The notes beneath the pieces are model-generated. The model was not told where the DNA came from. It saw only the letters and a program-made list of their open reading frames with translations, and did not search any database. Shown here piece by piece: positions 62,801 through 64,000 of a stretch of DNA of 64,000 nucleotides; within the stretch, counting starts at the first letter, position 1, and every line of letters begins with the position of its first letter. The translations under genes and the position numbers were made by a program. This stretch comes from Rhodovibrionaceae bacterium GXU_MW_A322 (GTDB lineage Bacteria > Pseudomonadota > Alphaproteobacteria > Kiloniellales > DSM-21159), in contig JBQJBP010000006.1 of assembly GCA_052078155.1 (NCBI GenBank), positions 34,581-98,580 on the forward strand, in the 5' to 3' direction.

Positions 62801-64000
62801 AGCGGATTTAGCTGATGCGAAGGCCAAACTGGCAGGCATCTCGCAAGGTCAGCACCCCGTCGGCACGGTAACGGGAGAGGGGCAGGCGACAGGCTCTGTC
62901 TGGCTCTTTACCGGCCAGGGCAGTCAGGCCGTGGGTCTGGGTCTGCTGGACGCGCCGGTCTATCAGGCCGTTCTCGAACGCTGTGATGGAGCTTTGGCTC
63001 AACTGGACAAAGAGCTGGGAGAGGCCAGTCCCTGGCAGGGTCAGTCTTTGCTGGAAGTCCTGAAGACCGGCACGGAAGAAACACTGGCAGAGACCCATTG
63101 GACGCAGCCGGCGCTTTATGCGGTGGGCTGTGGCCTGGCGGCGCTCTGGCGCAGCTGGGGTCTGGCCCCGCAAGCGGTTGCCGGTCATTCTCTGGGGGAA
63201 TATGCCGCAGCCCAGGTGGCCGGTGTTTTTGATCTGGAAGCGGGTCTGCGTCTGGTGGCCCAGCGCGGTCGGCTGATGGCGGGCCTGCCGACCCAGGGGA
63301 CCATGGCGGCGGTGGCCGCCCCGCTGGAGACTGTCGAAGAGGTCCTGGCCAGCTTAAAAGAGGCTGAGCGTCCTGAGATTGGCGGGGTCAATGGCCCGCA
63401 GGCGGTAACGATTTCCGGCACGAAGGAGGCTGTTGCTGCGGCGACGGCTGCCCTGGAAGAGGCTGGCCTGCGGGTCCGGCCCCTGGCGGTCAGTCAGGCC
63501 TTTCATTCCCGTCTGCTGGAGCCTATGGCGGAAGACTTCCGTCAGGAGCTGGACGCCATTGACTTTAAAGCGCCCAACCTGGCCTGGGCCCGGGGTCTGG
63601 ACGGCCAGTGGCAGGCCGGTGCGCCGGATCCGGAGGTCTGGCTGGCCTCTTTGCGCCAGCCCGTGCGCTTTGATCTGATCTGCGGGCGACTGGCGGAGCT
63701 GGGCGACAAGGTCTGGCTGGAACTGGGGGCCAAACCCCAGCTGCTGGGCCTGGCTGCGGAAAGCGAAACAGCCCCGACACCCGCCATCGCCTCCCTGCGC
63801 CTGCCGCGCGGAGACACAGCCTACACCGCCCAAAGTCTCAGCCAGGCCCTCACCACCGCTGCCCTCAGTCTCACGGCACAATCAAAAGACCCGCAGCCAG
63901 ACTGGACACAAATCCGACCAAAACCAAAAAACAACAAACCAAAATCAATCCCAACATACCAATACCAAAAATCAACCTACTGGCCCCTCAAAGGTAAAGC
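56820..64000 (+). CDS. type I polyketide synthase, 5' partial within window: KS1-AT1-KR1-ACP1-KS2-AT2-... (continues beyond window end)
   Basis: - Frame open from ATG 56820 (alternative start at 56850) to the window end, so the ORF is absent from the complete-ORF track.
- KS1: AVVGLGCRFPGA, DTACSSSL, HGTGT.
- AT1: GHSVGD, HAFHS.
- KR1: YLVTGGAGALG, YGAANG.
- ACP1: LGLDSLMAV.
- KS2: VSVACRLPG, DTACSSSL.
- AT2: GHSLGE, QAFHS. Confidence 0.9.
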   Translation, partial: MTPKNKRQQKMNDRPNKGQDQRLSAAVEAIKKLKARVAELEAERSEAIAVVGLGCRFPGAADSPAALWDLLSQGRDGITAVPADRWDAEAWYDPDPQAPGKTHSRWGGFLDQVSEFDSGFFGLSPKEADNLDPQQRIFLESCWSALEDGGQAGDLEALGSVGVFAGISTADYSRLGLWSGDLTDISAYSYTGSSANALAGRVSYLLGLEGPALAVDTACSSSLVTVHLACQALRNKECDLALAGGSNVMLSPEMSVFFSKVGAVTGEDRCRVFDARAQGYLRGEGAGVVLLKRLSQALADGDPIRAVIAGSAVNQDGASNGFTAPNGPSQQRVVQQALAAAHLPASSVDYVECHGTGTPLGDPIEVGALGSVFGDRDGSLLLGSVKTNLGHLEAAAGIAGLIKTVLSLEAGALPASLHFEEPNPAIAWGSLPVEVVTGLRAWPEKAAGEARVAGVSSFGMSGTNAHVVLTSAPEREEVSRAAPARPVILPLSGASVGGLEGQIAAQVSHLSAAATRGLDALEPDALEPDALKPGALFDRSWSLATGRAALRQRAASVGSDGASLSDFSIRGSAGSGREGCVFLYPGQGSQWAGMGLELAESEPVFQAGLEACADVVGSELLEVLKDAGRLTDTRWTQPAVFAVSWALDRLLASWGVEPVAVLGHSVGDYVAAVRSGALDFERGLGLLDKRAQLMGSLPAGGAMASLRCSAEQAPELLAEGIVISAINGPSAITVSGPEAGIAATLVAAEQKNIHGRRLPVSHAFHSPAMAPAAAELRSFAAASPFGEAELGWISNVTGSWHRGESAADYWAEQLTSPVAFWAGLETLYGAGHRRFLEVGPGTGLAGLVAQLKPKGSTSNGTTNGTTGLTLLKEDQPEALSLARGLAGYWCSGGELDWEAYCNEPGQAGPRRKISLPGYAFDRQRHWLETAASRALQAGGDLSKALYTEELSPLPRSGEAASEVGPLRLLGPGAKALKLPSDEAGQPVYVLPTELSAAQTEKALVELAGLLGAEESVTVLTRGGLLARTFESFCRTAQLEQPEAVRYLDWDGQAADQLAEVLSAARPDLAVLRDGQLYGPELSPARLDLPGQDLKLSETGKYLVTGGAGALGQGLAGRLLAAGAGEVILTGRRAVKEISLSETLKDARVSYRQLDLSKAKAVEAALAELGPLAGVAHLAGSGNFAPAAETTAARVKATFGGKLGGARVLAEALLKQADKPDWVLLYGSISAVWGSKGQAVYGAANGGLKGLAEELKAQGLPALCINWGPWSLEDPAKNPAGGGMTDEGALQLLRGIGVSGLRPAAVGLLENRLLQALQSGKELPASLTVAEVDWDQFAPVYEVQGQRAFLNRVRPTAPLAAVAAGGGSAFQKTLESLPGAARRSKVLALLQEQAQAVMGFDTASGDSLPEDRGLFELGLDSLMAVSLARSLSQTLGQEVPATLIFDKPQLGSLATGLLELLGLSGDSEGPVETSSVASSAGTQTENQPAAVAIVSVACRLPGSVETPEALQAALLAGLDGIREVEADRWSAERFTSEGGSEPGTMATSRGGYLDLQKGLDAGLFGLSPREASRLEPQQRLLLEVSWEALERAGIAADSLWGTKGSVFVGLSNNDFGPLLQAEDGLEGLDLHHATGNALSAAAGRLNHFYGLRGPALALDTACSSSLSAIHLACRSLLSGESDLALAGGVNVILSPAVSVAAARAGMLSPEGRCKTFDGTADGYVRGEGCGLVVLKRLEDAQRDGDPIEAVILGTALNHNGTSGGLTVPSGPAQEALIGEALSAANIQASDIQVLEAHGTGTALGDPIELTAAARALSQGRPEERPLKLGSVKTNLGHLESAAGMAGLTKLVAALQDEVLPGQLPLPTEPNSKIPWADLNVEVLQTPLAWPQQAGKVRLAGLSSFGFTGTNGHLILAGPEVATSVAVQSGTAGEDGTDLSSTGPWPILLSAKSKEALSALARAYADWLTGDEDLAQLSWTTLTGRARLSQRLALQAADLADAKAKLAGISQGQHPVGTVTGEGQATGSVWLFTGQGSQAVGLGLLDAPVYQAVLERCDGALAQLDKELGEASPWQGQSLLEVLKTGTEETLAETHWTQPALYAVGCGLAALWRSWGLAPQAVAGHSLGEYAAAQVAGVFDLEAGLRLVAQRGRLMAGLPTQGTMAAVAAPLETVEEVLASLKEAERPEIGGVNGPQAVTISGTKEAVAAATAALEEAGLRVRPLAVSQAFHSRLLEPMAEDFRQELDAIDFKAPNLAWARGLDGQWQAGAPDPEVWLASLRQPVRFDLICGRLAELGDKVWLELGAKPQLLGLAAESETAPTPAIASLRLPRGDTAYTAQSLSQALTTAALSLTAQSKDPQPDWTQIRPKPKNNKPKSIPTYQYQKSTYWPLKGK
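58366..58410 (+). repeat. 3 x 15-bp in-frame tandem repeat (DALEP x3) in PKS KS-AT linker
   Basis: gatgcccttgagcct gatgcccttgagcct gatgcccttaagcct seen directly in the sequence. Confidence 0.8.

Noticed and set aside
57480-63881. Minus-strand ORFs (57989-58525, 58671-59315, 60836-61450, 61896-62492, 63354-63881) within the PKS
   Set aside because: Antisense to the unbroken PKS frame (KS/AT/KR/ACP motifs in order); Arg/Pro/Ala-rich, no motifs.

Overview
This is a high-GC (~60%) bacterial chromosomal window with gene content typical of an alphaproteobacterium. That lineage call is inferred from gene content only.

Positions 1-30.7 kb hold ordinary metabolic genes:
- an acetyl-CoA transferase tail and an ADP-forming acetate--CoA ligase;
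- class I fructose-bisphosphate aldolase;
- an 8-gene CoA-ester catabolic island (enoyl-CoA hydratase, two family-III CoA-transferases flanking a CitE-like lyase, DUF35+SCP-x thiolase, acyl-CoA dehydrogenase, SDR);
- an M19 dipeptidase;
- a glnT-glxBCD-type glutamine-synthetase-like / split glutamate-synthase-like operon with an XRE-cupin regulator;
- a spermidine-synthase-like gene and a DEAD-box helicase;
- MarR/GST and MarR-GNAT units, a DMT transporter, a Ca2+/H+ antiporter and a HAD hydrolase.

From about 31.9 kb to the window end (and beyond) lies a large hybrid FAAL-PKS-NRPS biosynthetic gene cluster, which is the most notable system here. On the minus strand it has a 4126-aa NRPS (Cstarter-A-T-C-A-T-C-A-T-C-T-TE, terminal module without an A domain). 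Upstream in the same operon are a SyrD-like cyclic-peptide ABC exporter and a translationally coupled SPFH/band-7 protein. A cytochrome P450 follows. A second minus-strand operon encodes a FAAL-ACAD-ACP tridomain lipoinitiation protein, an APH-like kinase and a low-GC membrane-anchored hypothetical. It is divergent from a type I PKS (KS-AT-KR-ACP-KS-AT..., both ATs malonyl-type) that runs off the window end.

A second notable signal is a family of about 130-bp modular MITE/BIME-like intergenic elements (7-8 copies). Their CTCTAG/CTTAGAG termini repeatedly coincide with the TAG stop codons of flanking genes.

No rRNA, tRNA, CRISPR array, transposase or integrase was recognised.
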